A stretch of 62,862 nt of DNA, filler included, from Octopus bimaculoides (lineage: Eukaryota): the NCBI RefSeq assembly GCF_001194135.2. It is 5 parts of 5 records of this genome, joined end to end, with 100 filler letters (N's around TTAATTAATTAA, not from the genome) between each part and the next. Parts side by side here need not be neighbours in the genome. Positions count along the whole stretch, not along the records: positions 12,082 to 23,120 come from NC_068990.1; positions 23,221 to 53,338 come from NC_068996.1; 3 more parts are not named here. One strand, written 5' to 3'. The notes under the pieces were generated by a model. That model was not told the DNA's origin and searched no databases. It worked only from the letters and a program-made list of their open reading frames with translations. Every line of letters starts with the position of its first letter. The stretch's first letter is position 1. This document shows, one piece after another, positions 12,082 to 25,451 of this stretch. A program made the position numbers and the translations under genes.

Positions 12082-12426
12082 ATACACGTACCTGTATACC
12101 TTCATAGTACACACATATCTGGCCTTCTTATTTACTTTTTGTTCTTCTGCCATCTCTCTTCCTTTATTTCTTTTTGTGCTCTTTTCCCTCTTTTTCTCTT
12201 TTTGTCTGTCTGTTTCTCAGTATGTGTGTGTGTGTGTGTATATAAATAGGTAATACCTAGATATCGTTTTTGTCTTTTATCATGAGAGCAAGCTAACAGA
12301 GTGATTTCTGTCTGGTTTTTACATAGAAACTGTTCCCAACTGAGTTAAGTTTTTAATTAATCCAGTATATACACCAATACATTGATACTTTCATACATAC
12401 ACACACAAACACGCACACACACACAT

Positions 12427-12464
<38 letters not shown>

Positions 12465-12509
12465 ACATGCACACAGACACATGCACGCATGTGCACACAT
12501 ACATACATT

Positions 12510-12690
12510 AGGTCTTCTCAAAACCAGAAAGGAGAAAGCTAATTCGATGACTACAGATCCAATCCATCACTGGAACTGTAAAAATCTGTAAAACTTTCCT
12601 GAAGTTTATCATTTAAATATATATGAGCATGTCCAGATGTGCAACTATATGCATGAGAATACATACATACATACATACATACATACATAA
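12510..12690 (+). mobile_element. 5'-truncated 3' stub of R4/Dong-like LINE with (CATA)n tail
   Basis: Near-identical to the reverse complement of 36040-36180 (actacagatccaatc.atcactggaactgtaaaaatctgtaaaacttt). Confidence 0.8.
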
Positions 12691-14417
12691 TATAAATAAT
12701 ATATTAATATATGTATATATACATACATATATGTACATACCTACACATATATNNNNNNNNNNATATATATATATATATATATATGTATCTATGTATGTAT
12801 AAATAAGATTTGTGTATATGTGCATGGGTATAATCAATCTCTTAGCGCAATATGTCTGGCTATATACATACATACACACATGCACACACACGCACACAAA
12901 TATATACACCCATTCACCACATGCACTCTGATATGGTTCCAAATAAAACGAATGCGTATATATATATATGTGCATGAGTTGAGGTGAAAGTGAAGACGTG
13001 TATACCAATGTGTCTGCATATGTGTATCAATGAGCATATATATATATATATATATGTATATGTATGTATATGTGTGCATGTCTGTGTGATGTGGTGTGCA
13101 TGTGTGTGAGAGAGAGAGAGAGAGTATATGTGTATGTGAATATTATCTACATGTGTCTTTATTTCAAATAGAAATTAATCTATAGATCACATCAGTTCAC
13201 CTTTTATTGAGATTAATTTTTTATGCATTTACATACGTATATATATATATATATATATATATATNNNNNNNNNNNNNNNNNNNNNNNNNNNNNNNNNNNN
13301 NNNNNNNNNNNNNNNNNNNNNNNNNNNNNNNNNNNNNNNNNNNNNNNNNNNNNNNNNNNNNNNNNNNNNNNNNNNNNNNNNNNNNNNNNNNNNNNNNNNN
13401 NNNNNNNNNNNNNNNNNNNNNNNNNNNNNNNNNNNNNNNNNNNNNNNNNNNNNNNNNNNNNNNNNNNNNNNNNNNNNNNNNNNNNNNNNNNNNNNNNNNN
13501 NNNNNNNNNNNNNNNNNNNNNNNNNNNNNNNNNNNNNNNNNNNNNNNNNNNNNNNNNNNNNNNNNNNNNNNNNNNNNNNNNNNNNNNNNNNNNNNNNNNN
13601 NNNNNNNNNNNNNNNNNNNNNNNNNNNNNNNNNNNNNNNNNNNNNNNNNNNNNNNNNNNNNNNNNNNNNNNNNNNNNNNNNNNNNNNNNNNNNNNNNNNN
13701 NNNNNNNNNNNNNNNNNNNNNNNNNNNNNNNNNNNNNNNNNNNNNNNNNNNNNNNNNNNNNNNNNNNNNNNNNNNNNNNNNNNNNNNNNNNNNNNNNNNN
13801 NNNNNNNNNNNNNNNNNNNNNNNNNNNNNNNNNNNNNNNNNNNNNNNNNNNNNNNNNNNNNNNNNNNNNNNNNNNNNNNNNNNNNNNNNNNNNNNNNNNN
13901 NNNNNNNNNNNNNNNNNNNNNNNNNNNNNNNNNNNNNNNNNNNNNNNNNNNNNNNNNNNNNNNNNNNNNNNNNNNNNNNNNNNNNNNNNNNNNNNNNNNN
14001 NNNNNNNNNNNNNNNNNNNNNNNNNNNNNNNNNNNNNNNNNNNNNNNNNNNNNNNNNNNNNNNNNNNNNNNNNNNNNNNNNNNNNNNNNNNNNNNNNNNN
14101 NNNNNNNNNNNNNNNNNNNNNNNNNNNNNNNNNNNNNNNNATATATAAATATATATATATATATATACATACATATTTACGACAGTTAGACTCGAACAGA
14201 AATTGTCTGGTAATTACCATTTCAATGGAAATTTTATTTTCACTATAAAACCATATTGCTAGGCACCCCCTTGAGACCCAACTGCCCTCTAGCTGAAAAT
14301 ATAGAATATCTTGTATGTAATATAAACATCCTAAATTCAGAGGCAGTATTAATGAAGATATTACGTGTTAATTTAATGTGTCAAACTTATATTTATGAAT
14401 GTATATGAAATTATGAT

Positions 14418-14798
14418 GGCACTCCATCAGTTACGACAATGAGGGTTCCAGTTGATCTGATCAATGGAACAGCCTGCTCGTGAAATTAATGTGCAAGTAG
14501 CTGAGCACTCCACAGATGTGTGTACCCTTAATGAAGTTCTTGGGGAGATTCAGCATGACACAGAGTGTGACAAGACCGATCCTTTTGAAATGCAGGTACA
14601 ACAGAAACAGGGAGAAAAAGTGAGAGAATGTTGTGGTGAAAGAGTACAGCAGGGTTCGCCACCACCCTCTGCTGGAGCCTCATGGAGCTTTAGGTGTTTT
14701 TGCTCAATAAACACTCACAATGCCTGGTCTAGGAATTGAAACCATGATCCCACAAGTGCGAGTCCGCTGCCCAAATCACTAGGCCATTGCACCTCCAC
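14418..14798 (-). mobile_element. tRNA-derived SINE family 3
   Basis: Minus head gtggaggtgcaatggcctagtg…catggtttcaattcc; body shared with 20335-20660 (attaatttca.gagcaggctgttccattgatc). Confidence 0.75.
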
Positions 14799-14917
14799 AT
14801 CGAATTATACATAGATATATACAAGATTTACACGGCTATAAGAGTCATAACTTGTGATGTGCCCGTGGACCATTTCCTTTGCAAATTTTTGTCCACTGTA
14901 TTAAAAAGTTTCCCTAT

Positions 14918-15478
14918 AGGCGTAGGAATGGCTGTGTGGTAAGTAGCTTGCTTACCAACCACCTGGTTTCGGGTTCAGTCCCACTATGTGGCACCTTGGG
15001 CAAGTGTCTTCTACTATAGCCTCGGGCCGATCAAAGCTTTGTGAATGGATTTGGTAGACAGAAACTGAAAGAAGCCCGTTGTATATATGTATATGTATAT
15101 GTATGTGAGTGTATATGTTGTTTGTGTGTCTGTGTTTGTCCCCCCCCCCCNNNNNNNNNNNNNNNNNNNNNNNNNNNNNNNNNNNNNNNNNNNNNNNNNN
15201 NNNNNNNNNNNNNNNNNNNNNNNNNNNNNNNNNNNNNNNNNNNNNNNNNNNNNNNNNNNNNNNNNNNNNNNNNNNNNNNNNNNNNNNNAACATCGCTTGA
15301 CAATCGACGCTGGTGTGTTTACGTCCCCCGTAACTTAGCGGTTCGGCAAAAAGAGACTGATTGAATAAGTACTAGGCTTACAAAAGAATAAGTCCAGGGG
15401 TTGATTTGCTCGACTAAAGGCAGTGCTCCAGCATGGCCACAGTCAAATGACTGAAACAAGTAAAAGAGTAAAAGAGTA
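14918..15478 (+). mobile_element. Complete SINE family 1 copy with microsatellite core (partly gapped)
   Basis: Head, TA/TG core, N gap, 3' half, and aaagagtaaaagag tail. Confidence 0.9.
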
Positions 15479-16742
15479 CTCTTGCTCCATCAGCTAATAA
15501 TCTTTGACCAACCTTTGTACAGCCAGCACACAATGGGAAGTACACAGATACGAATACAGCTGCTAACATGTCAGGACTTTCTCTCCTCCTCAGTCATGTA
15601 AAAACAATGGAGAACTGGACATACAAAGCCTATATAAGTGCATACTTTACCCCCAGTATTGAGTTTTTTTTTTCCTTTGATCCGTAAATGTCCTGTTATT
15701 AGTATTAAACATGCTTTAAGATTAAAACCGCAGTTTGACACGCATAATACTCCCACACACGGATATATATATATATGTATATTAATTTCTATATATGTGT
15801 GTGTTTGTGTGTGGAGGAGGTCTGTGTGTATGTCATGGTGTATTTTTGTGTGTGTGTTCAGGTATATCTGTATGTGTATTTATTACATAAATATAAGTGT
15901 ATACATGCATACAAACACATACACACATATAAACACAGGGAAAAACAGAAACAGGCAGATAGACAGAGACGGAGAGATAGAACGAGAGAAAGAGATAGAC
16001 TGACAGAGAGAGAGAGAGAGAGAGTGAGAGAGAGAAAGAAATAGAATGATAGAGAGAGGGACAGACATATAGCAAAAGAGATAGACTGAGAGAGAGAGAG
16101 ACAAAGAGAGCGAAATGATTTAGATAATCATTATGGATTATCATTTTACACCACTTCACACGCCCTTTGTCCTACATTCTCTTTTCTTTATTTTCCCTCT
16201 TACATCTTTGAACATTTGTTTATTGACGAAGCAATTAATTTCCCTCCTCATCACCACTTGTCTAGCAATATTATGGCTAATTATACAAATCATGGAAGAT
16301 GCTTACTTTCATTGGTCATAAAGTCATATTGAATTTAGAATTGTGTCATTGGCTTTTTCTAAGCAGAAATTTAATAAATTTACATTGCTACCGTTCACCT
16401 CTCAAACAAAAGATAGACAGACATACATACGCAACACAAATATATATATACTAGAAGCCACTTGATGTGACCCTCAGGCACCAACCTTCCGATCAGCATC
16501 TTCCAGTGTTGTTGTACTGCCATGTGGTGTGTCTTTGTTTTGCAGTGTTCCACCAGCCATCCCAAAATCTGGAGTGGGCTGCATCTGCCTGCCTCAGTTG
16601 CTATGGCTTTGAGGTAGATCTGGTCACCCCCATTAACGGGGACAAAACTTGGATTTAAAACACTGGATGATGACGATGATGATGATAATGAAACTGGGGA
16701 ACCGGCCCTCAAGAGCCTAGCAAGGCTCGAGAAGGAAACACC

Positions 16743-17200
16743 ATCAGCATCATCATCGTTTAACGTCCACATTCCATGCTAGCATGGGTTGGACGATTTG
16801 ACTGAGGACTGGCAAGCCAGAAGGCTGCACCAGGCTCCAATCTGACCTGTCAGAGTTTCTACAGCTGGATGCCCTTCCTAACACCAACCACTCCGAGAGT
16901 GTAGTGGTTGTTTTTACATGCCACCAGCATGAAGGCCAGTCATGCGGTACTTGCAATGGCCACGCTCAAAATGGTGTTTTTTACATGCCACCTGCATGGG
17001 AGCCAGTCCAGCGGCACTGGCAATGACCTCGCTTGAATGATTTTCTAAATGTGCCACCAGCCCAAGTGCCAGTAAGGCAACGCTGGTAATGATCATACTC
17101 AAGTGGTGCTATTTACGTGTCACTAGCACGGAAGCCAGATAGCTGCTCTGGCCATGATCACGCTCGGACGATGCTGTTAGTGTTCCACTGGCACAGGTAC
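16743..17200 (-). mobile_element. RTE-type 3'-end repeat with (GAT)n tail and internal tandem units
   Basis: (CAT)n-gtttaacgtcc…ctacagctggatgcccttcc; copies at 20752 and 22144. Confidence 0.75.
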
Positions 17201-17802
17201 CATTTGGAGCAAATATAAGGAAACATTTATTTTTATTTATATTTGGAAGTGTGTTATGGTTGCATCATGAAATAGTGAGTCCCTACCAGTAATTAATACT
17301 TCATTTCATGTTGATACAATTCACTCAACTGTCTATGAATGACTCTGTGAGAGGCTGGAATCCTATTCAAGTGGAATGCTGCGATAGAATGTGAAGTGAC
17401 TGACCTTTATGAGTTGTAGGACTTGAGACAGTAATGTCCAAGAGATGGCTGTTGCATTTTGCAAGCTATAACTAATTATGAGAGAAAGAAAGAGAGAGAG
17501 AGAGAAAGAAAGAGGAAATGAGAGAGAGATTTGAAGAACTAGCCCCTGTATTTGACTGCTACTTTATTGATTGACCTACCTGCTTACCTATCTACCTATC
17601 TAGGTAGCTACCTATCTACATAATTCATTGCTATTATGTTAAACTGTCATATGTCCAAATTTGACCAGATGCGTTTTTCCCAACTTTTTTTATTTGCAAT
17701 AGTCGGTTCTTTTGGTCAAACTATCATGTCTCCAGCTGCTTCTGATGCCAAGATATTAGAAATTACAGTTCCATATTTAAGAGATGAGGAATTCTGTACA
17801 TC

Positions 17803-17945
17803 ATTTACATTTGACAGATATTTGTTCTCATCTTGTTTGTTGTTAACACAACGTTTCAGCTGATATACCCTCCAGCCTTCATCGGGTGTCTTGGGGAAAT
17901 TTTGAACCTGGGTTCTCATTCCTAAGGTATTTTTCAATGTTATTA
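17803..17945 (-). mobile_element. Short non-autonomous repeat carrying a minimal hammerhead-like motif (Penelope-associated type)
   Basis: Minus strand gacac-ccgatga-a-ggctg-gagggtatat-cagct-gaaa-cgtt-gtgtt; preceded by (AAT)n; second copy at 42505-42640. Confidence 0.7.
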
Positions 17946-18271
17946 TTATTATTATTATTATTATTATAATCGAATTCGGAATCTTGGGGCTAGTAGCCCA
18001 TGCTCTTAACTACTACGCCATATGCCCATGGGCAATTTTAGGGCTTATAAATCTAATACTTTCCTATCCTAATGTAAATAATGTAAATAATGTGTATATT
18101 AGAAATTGTCAATGGAATGGTGAAGCTATTTTTTCGTTTTCTGAAAAAGCAATGGTTTGGACTTACGATACTTTTGCATAATAGCAACCATATCTGTTTA
18201 CCTACCTACCTACCTACCTACCTACTTACTTACCTACCTACCTACCTACCTACCTACCTGTCTCTCTATCA

Positions 18272-18304
<33 letters not shown>

Positions 18305-18829
18305 TTTGCTTACTTACCTCCCTGTCTCTCTGTGTGTCTATCTCTCTATCTACCTCCTACCTCTCTGTCCACCTACCTGTCGACCTATCTCCCTACCAAT
18401 CTACCTCCTCCCCCCTACCTTGGGGTGTGCTCAGGGTATGCATGTCATGCAGTGCATTGCCACTGAATTCATAAAAATCCAAAAAATAACTACAAAACAA
18501 CATTGAAAAGTTGTCAAAATTGAAAATTAAATTAGTTAATTGGTTTAAGAAAAGGATAAAAGAAACAATATTTTTAACATTATAAAACATTAAAAAACGA
18601 ATGTTTTTCCATCTCAAATGCAACAACCATATTTGTACAAGTGTGATCCCAAAAGACACCTCCATAGCAACAGTATTTCCTCTCCTCTTAAATGTCTTCA
18701 AATTGCATACATTTACAAAAATGCTTCTACTGTCTTCATCTCTTTGCTCTCACTCCCCCCTCTCTCTATACTCTTCTTTCTCTCCCTCTCTCTCTCTATC
18801 TATCTACCTACCTACCTATCTATCTTTGC

Positions 18830-19815
18830 ATCACAACTAACGCATTCTATAGTGGATTAGTGGAGGGAAGGTACGACGACGATCTCGGGGCGAACCTGGG
18901 CGTCGACGAGGAATACCTGACCCGCCTGTTTAAGACGACCTTCGGGCCGGGACCTATGGACAACTTCCAGAGATCCCTGGCCTGGCAGTGCTATCGAGAA
19001 GCACTACCCATTCGGGATAAGCTCTACAGGCATGGCTCGAGAAACACGGGGCCGACCTGTCCGAGATGCCGGCAGAGCGACGAAACCGTTCTGCACGCAC
19101 TCGTNNNNNNNNNNNNNNNNNNNNNNNNNNNNNNNNNNNNNNNNNNNNNNNNNNNNNNNNNNNNNNNNNNNNNNNNNNNNNNNNNNNNNNNNNNNNNNNN
19201 NNNNNNNNNNNNNNNNNNNNNNNNNNNNNNNNNNNNNNNNNNNNNNNNNNNNNNNNNNNNNNNNNNNNNNNNNNNNNNNNNNNNNNNNNNNNNNNNNNNN
19301 NNNNNNNNNNNNNNNNNNNNNNNNNNNNNNNNNNNNNNNNNNNNNNNNNNNNNNNNNNNNNNNNNNNNNNNNNNNNNNNNNNNNNNNNNNNNNNNNNNNN
19401 NNNNNNNNNNNNNNNNNNNNNNNNNNNNNNNNNNNNNNNNNNNNNNNNNNNNNNNNNNNNNNNNNNNNNNNNNNNNNNNNNNNNNNNNNNNNNNNNNNNN
19501 NNNNNNNNNNNNNNNNNNNNNNNNNNNNNNNNNNNNNNNNNNNNNNNNNNNNNNNNNNNNNNNNNNNNNNNNNNNNNNNNNNNNNNNNNNNNNNNNNNNN
19601 NNNNNNNNNNNNNNNNNNNNNNNNNNNNNNNNNNNNNNNNNNNNNNNNNNNNNNNNNNNNNNNNNNNNNNNNNNNNNNNNNNNNNNNNNNNNNNNNNNNN
19701 NNNNNNNNNNNNNNNTTTTTTTTTTTTTTTTTTCCTTCCTTCCCCCTCCCAAAAAGAAAAGCTCTACATTGTATTTGTCCCATCTTCGTTGAGCCCTGTG
19801 TGGCTAATAAAAGAA
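18830..19815 (+). mobile_element. Tx1/L1-like LINE, 3' part of ORF2 and 3' UTR (gap inside)
   Basis: FQRSLAWQCYREALPIRDKLYRHG…CPRCRQSDETVLHAL (CCHC region); after the gap, a 3' UTR ending gagccctgtgtggctaataaaaga, as at 33765-33790. Confidence 0.8.
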
Positions 19816-20200
<385 letters not shown>

Positions 20201-20334
20201 ATTGGTTGTTTCTTTCTGAGGTCGCTAAACAATCCATTGATTCACATGTGGTCGATGACTGACCACAAGGAATGGATGATAGAAGATCACCAGCAAAATA
20301 CATATATTTACTGATATAGATGCTGGTGTGGCTG

Positions 20335-20660
20335 TGTGTCACCTTGGGCAAGTGTCTTCTAGTGGTTAGGGTATTTGGCTCATGATTCTAAGGTTGTGAG
20401 TTCCATACGTGGTGATGATACCTGGAGCAAGATATTTTATTTCACATAGTTCCGGTCCATTCCACTGGCAAAAATAAGTAATACTTGTAATTTAAAGGGT
20501 CAGACTTGTCACATTCCCTGTCTTGTTGAATCTCCCTAAGAACTATATTAAGGGTATACATATCTGTGGAGTACTCAGCCACTTGCATATTAATTTCATG
20601 AGCAGGCTGTTCCATTGATCGGATCAACTAGAACCCTCTTTGTCATAACTGACAAAGTAC
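20335..20660 (+). mobile_element. SINE family 3 copy
   Basis: Body is the reverse complement of 14418-14600. Confidence 0.7.
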
Positions 20661-20751
20661 TAGTTTGTATAGCAGAAGCATTTTGGAAACAGAGTCAAAA
20701 TCCAATGATATGGTTGCGAATACAGTGGTGAAAAAGCTTTCTGGAATAAAT

Positions 20752-21235
20752 CATCATTATCATCATCATCATCATCGTTTAATGTCCGCTTTCCATGCTG
20801 GCATGGGTTTGACGGTTTGACTGAGGAATGATAAACCAGGAGGTTGCACCAGGATCCAATCTGATCTGGCAAGGTTTCTACAGCTGGATGCCCTTCCTTA
20901 TGCCAACCACTCTGAGGGTGTAGTGGGTGCTTTTTACATGCCACCGGCACAGGAGCCAGTCAGGCGGAACTGGTGGCGACCACACTTGAATGGTGCTTTT
21001 TATGTGTCACCAGCACAGGAGCCAGTCAGGTGGCGCTGGCATCGACCACGCTTGAATGGTGCTATTTGTGTGCCACTGGCACGGGAATCAGTCAGGCAGC
21101 ACTGGCATTTACTACGCTTGAATGGTATTTGTTATGTGCCCCCAGCACAAGGGCCAGTCAGGCGACACTGGCATCGACCATGCTTGAATGGTGCCTTTTA
21201 TGTGCCACCAGCATAGGGGCCAGTCAGGTGGAAGA
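20752..21235 (-). mobile_element. RTE-type 3'-end repeat with 66-bp tandem array
   Basis: Units start at 20926, 20992, 21058, 21124 and 21190. Confidence 0.8.
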
Positions 21236-21829
21236 AGGAATAAATAGATGAGTGGAAATTCAACCGGTGAGTGTGTTAAATATTAAGGCAGTATGGCTCT
21301 CCCCAGACACAACAAAATTTGTTTCAATACACAAATTCACGTAAGGAATCTTACAAAACCCAAGTTTATTCTTTTTACAAAAAAAAACATCCTTGAATTT
21401 ATTATGAATAATGGCTGACCGATACTGATATTACTTTATTTGCAAAATTCCTGCAAAAAACTGTATTAGACATTTAAAAACTAATTTATATGAAAGAAAA
21501 AGTTGTTATCTGAAAGCATTTAGCTAAATAAATTATTTTAGAAAAAGAAATAATAAAAGTTACATTGACTGGAATAATCTTCTTGGTTGTGTTAAAACAT
21601 AAACATTCTCAAAGACATAAAATTCGTCTTCAATTCTAGAAAATATTTCAAAATGTTTGCAGTCGTCTTAAAATGTCAGTCCATACAGCAGCAGTATTTT
21701 TATGGACAGGTGAAACCAAAATTCTTGTTCAAGATTCGTTTAGTGTTATGATATGTTTAGGTCTTCAGGAATTGTCATTATGTGGTCATTTTTAAATTGA
21801 AGCGGGTCAATAATCACAGGAATTTATCA

Positions 21830-22080
21830 TCTTCATCACTGTCATTACCACCACCACCATCATTATTGTCATCATCATCATCATCTTTATCATTGTCTCA
21901 TTGCCGCCATCACCCCACCACCACCATCGCCATCATTATATCATCATTATTCTCATCATCATCATCTTCATCGTCTTTGTCATCATTTCATCGCTGCTGC
22001 CATCGCCGCTGCCACCACCGCCACCGCTGCCACCGCCGCCACTGCTGCTACTCACCACCACCACCACCACCACTACAATT
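21830..22080. repeat. Compound (CAT)/(CAC)/(CCG) trinucleotide repeat
   Basis: Direct inspection. Confidence 0.85.
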
Positions 22081-22143
22081 TCAATTTGATTTCATTTTGA
22101 TATTGATGTCACCAAGTAGTCACAAGCCAACATCCCTCAGCTG

Positions 22144-22400
22144 TCATCATCATCATCATCGTTTAACGTCTGCTTTCCATGCTAGCATGGGTTGGACGAT
22201 TTGACTGAGGACTGGTGAAACCGGATGGCAACACCAGGCTCCAATCTAATTTGGCAGAGTTTCTACAGCTGGATGCCCTTCCTAACGCCAACCACTCAGA
22301 GAGTGTAGTGGGTGCTTTTACGTGTCACCTGCATGAAGGCCAGTCAGGCAGTACTGGCAACGGCCACGCTCAAAATGGTGTATTTTATGTGCCACCAAGG
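22144..22400 (-). mobile_element. RTE-type 3'-end repeat, short copy
   Basis: Same family as 16743 and 20752. Confidence 0.75.
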
Positions 22401-23072
22401 CTTTGTTGAATGAAAGCAAGCTAGCCAAAACTTCGAAATCCCTATCAACATTTTGCTTGCAAAACATGCACTCCACTAAAAGTTTTGAGGAATCTTGCTA
22501 ATAATTTTGACACCACACTCTCATTCTCAATGAAAGAAGTAGATGGGAACAAACAGTTTTTCTTATCTTTCTGTTGTCAAGCCTGGTTTGGGTTGTGTTG
22601 GCATTGTTGATATGGTTAGAGTGTGATGGGAGACGGGGGGGCGGTGGGAGTGATGGGGTGTTCCAAGGGTCATTGTGTAACCTGTAAGGGCCATTCAGAT
22701 AGCATCCATAATTGAATGGAAACACGTGAAGAGCTTCCCCCCCCCCCCCCGTGTTCTATGGCATTGAATTATATATCACCTCCACCACCACTGCAATTAA
22801 ACCAGGAAGTGTGTCGGCTGAACTCCATCAGAAGATAAATTGGTAAGTTTTATGTCTTTATGCATGTGTGGATGTGTAAGTATGTATGTATGTATGTATG
22901 TAAGTATATGCATGTGAATGTATATGTATGAATGTGTGTATATGTGCGTGTGTGCATGTTGTGTGTGTATTTTGTGTGTTTGGGTGTTGTGTGTATGTAT
23001 GCATGTCTGTATGTGTGTTTATATATATATACACACACACATACACAAACACATATACAAACATACACATAG

Positions 23073-23120
<48 letters not shown>

Positions 23121-23452
23121 NNNNNNNNNNNNNNNNNNNNNNNNNNNNNNNNNNNNNNNNNNNNTTAATTAATTAANNNNNNNNNNNNNNNNNNNNNNNN
23201 NNNNNNNNNNNNNNNNNNNNCGTTCCAAAATTATGTTTCTCGACATTTTTGAAATGTCAAGAAGGAAATTTTTGTATTTTGCTAGGGCCGAAACTGCCCC
23301 TGGGGGCCAATTCCTGCCCTTGAAAATACACACAAATGAAGCCTAGGTGCTTCGCAACAAAATTATTAAAAAATTCCAACAAAATGTGGACAATAAAAGG
23401 TCAAATAAAACGTTTACCTTCGCAGCCGATGTGACAGCACGTCCGTGAGAAG

Positions 23453-23522
<70 letters not shown>

Positions 23523-23861
23523 GTAGGTAGATAGATATACATATATACATAGAACCAGGTGTATCAGTTTGATTCTCGAAAAGAAGGGAATAGTCTTCGA
23601 GGTTTCGGGCGTACGCTCTTCAACAGAAAGGGATGAGAGGTAAAGAAGTGGAAGGAGAAAGAGAAAACGGAGAGCGAAAAAAATGTGTATATATATGTTC
23701 ATATGTCTATATACGTACATACATATATCTATATATACATACGTGCATATATGTGTGTGTGTGTGTGTGTGTGTTAACTCAGAGATTGTCTCGCGACTCG
23801 AATTTTCGCCACTGCTCTGTTTAGACGATAATTATGTCGTCAACAAGCGTTGAGCACTCCG

Positions 23862-23897
<36 letters not shown>

Positions 23898-24451
23898 ACT
23901 TTCGTTCGACATAAAGCGTCATACGTGTGTGCGTGCGTGCGTGCGTGCGTTCGGGTGTGCGTGCGCGATCCTATAACCTGCTTCCGTGTCTATGTCACTA
24001 TGCCTTCATTTATTATATCTGTATATCCCACGCAGTTGAGACACGTGAGAAAGCGGTTAATTGAGTTAAAATATACAAGGGATTGGAGATGCTAATGAGC
24101 TGAAAATATGTAAATTTCTACGGCAAAATCTATGATATGTAGTGAAAAATACTCTCCGTCTTTTTTTCTTCATTTCTTTTCTTTATTATATTATTATAAT
24201 GACTATGGGCTCGTCTGGATCTAGTCAGACACATGGCTAACTTTTTTACATTTTACTGAATTAACTTATTTTTCTAAATGATTTCGATTGAAAATATATG
24301 CATCCTAGCACAATAAACTGACTACAAGAATCTTTATTTAATTTCTAATTCATTGAGCAAACGTATGAATGGTGTAAATGCATTCCAGAAAGCAATTATC
24401 CCACATTTTCATTTATTGTTTTGCTTGTTTTTTTTCTATTCATATATCCTT

Positions 24452-24654
24452 TTATTCTTTTATTTGTTTCAAGCATTTGACTGCGGCCATACTGGAGCGC
24501 TGTTTTTAGTCGAACAAACCGACCCCAGGATTTATTCCTTGTAAGCCCAGTACTTATCCTATTGGTGTCTTTTGCCGAACCACTCATTTACGGGTACGTA
24601 AACATACCAACATCGGTTGTCAAGCGATGGTTGGGAGACAAACACAGATACATC

Positions 24655-24660
<6 letters not shown>
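24452..24660 (-). mobile_element. SINE family 1, 3' half
   Basis: tttgactgcggccatactggagc…ggttgtcaagcgatgg, then (CA)n. Confidence 0.85.
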
Positions 24661-24713
<53 letters not shown>

Positions 24714-25259
24714 NNNNNNNNNNNNNNNNNNNNNNNNNNNNNNNNNNNNNNNNNNNNNNNNNNNNNNNNNNNNNNNNNNNNNNNNNNNNNNNNNNNNNNN
24801 NNNNNNNNNNNNNNNNNNNNNNNNNNNNNNNNNNNNNNNNNNNNNNNNNNNNNNNNNNNNNNNNNNNNNNNNNNNNNNNNNNNNNNNNNNNNNNNNNNNN
24901 NNNNNNNNNNNNNNNNNNNNNNNNNNNNNNNNNNNNNNNNNNNNNNNNNNNNNNNNNNNNNNNNNNNNNNNNNNNNNNNNNNNNNNNNNNNNNNNNNNNN
25001 NNNNNNNNNNNNNNNNNNNNNNNNNNNNNNNNNNNNNNNNNNNNNNNNNNNNNNNNNNNNNNNNNNNNNNNNNNNNNNNNNNNNNNNNNNNNNNNNNNNN
25101 NNNNNNNNNNNNNNNNNNNNNNNNNNNNNNNNNNNNNNNNNNNNNNNNNNNNNNNNNNNNNNNNNNNNNNNNNNNNNNNNNNNNNNNNNNNNNNNNNNGT
25201 GTGTGTGTGTGTGTGTGTGTGCGTGCGTGTACGTGCGTGTGTGTATATATATATATGTT

Positions 25260-25450
25260 TGTGTGTGTATGTTTGTTCCCTCAACATCGCTTGACAATCG
25301 ATAGTCGTGTATTTACGTCTCCGTAAATTACCGGTTCGGCAAAAGAGTGCTAGGTTTACAAAGAATAAGTCCTGGGGTCGATTTGCTCGACTAAAAGCGG
25401 TGCTCCAACATGGCCGCAGTCAACTGACAGAAACAAGTAAAAGAGTATAT
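25260..25450 (+). mobile_element. SINE family 1, 3' half
   Basis: aacatcgcttgacaatcg…aaacaagtaaaagag. Confidence 0.85.
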
Positions 25451-25451
25451 G

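Noticed and set aside
13207-14248. ORFs of 200-400 aa made of X (also near 19000, 24600, 37500, 41500, 44000, 45100, 47800, 49400, 59000, 61200)
   Set aside because: They span N gaps; artefacts.
16195-16330. Peptide LFIDEA resembling a Walker B motif
   Set aside because: Isolated short frame with no Walker A or other ATPase context.
17636-17863. 75-aa ORF with signal-peptide-like start (MRFSQLFLFAIVG…)
   Set aside because: Its 3' third is the hammerhead-bearing repeat, there is no recognisable domain, and there is no convincing donor site.
20926-21230. CRISPR-like regular repeat
   Set aside because: Contiguous 66-bp tandem units without unique spacers, in a eukaryotic retroposon context.
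24207-24228. Minus-strand tgactagatcca matching the first 12 nt of miR-279
   Set aside because: The remainder diverges and no complementary arm exists on either side to form a pre-miRNA hairpin.
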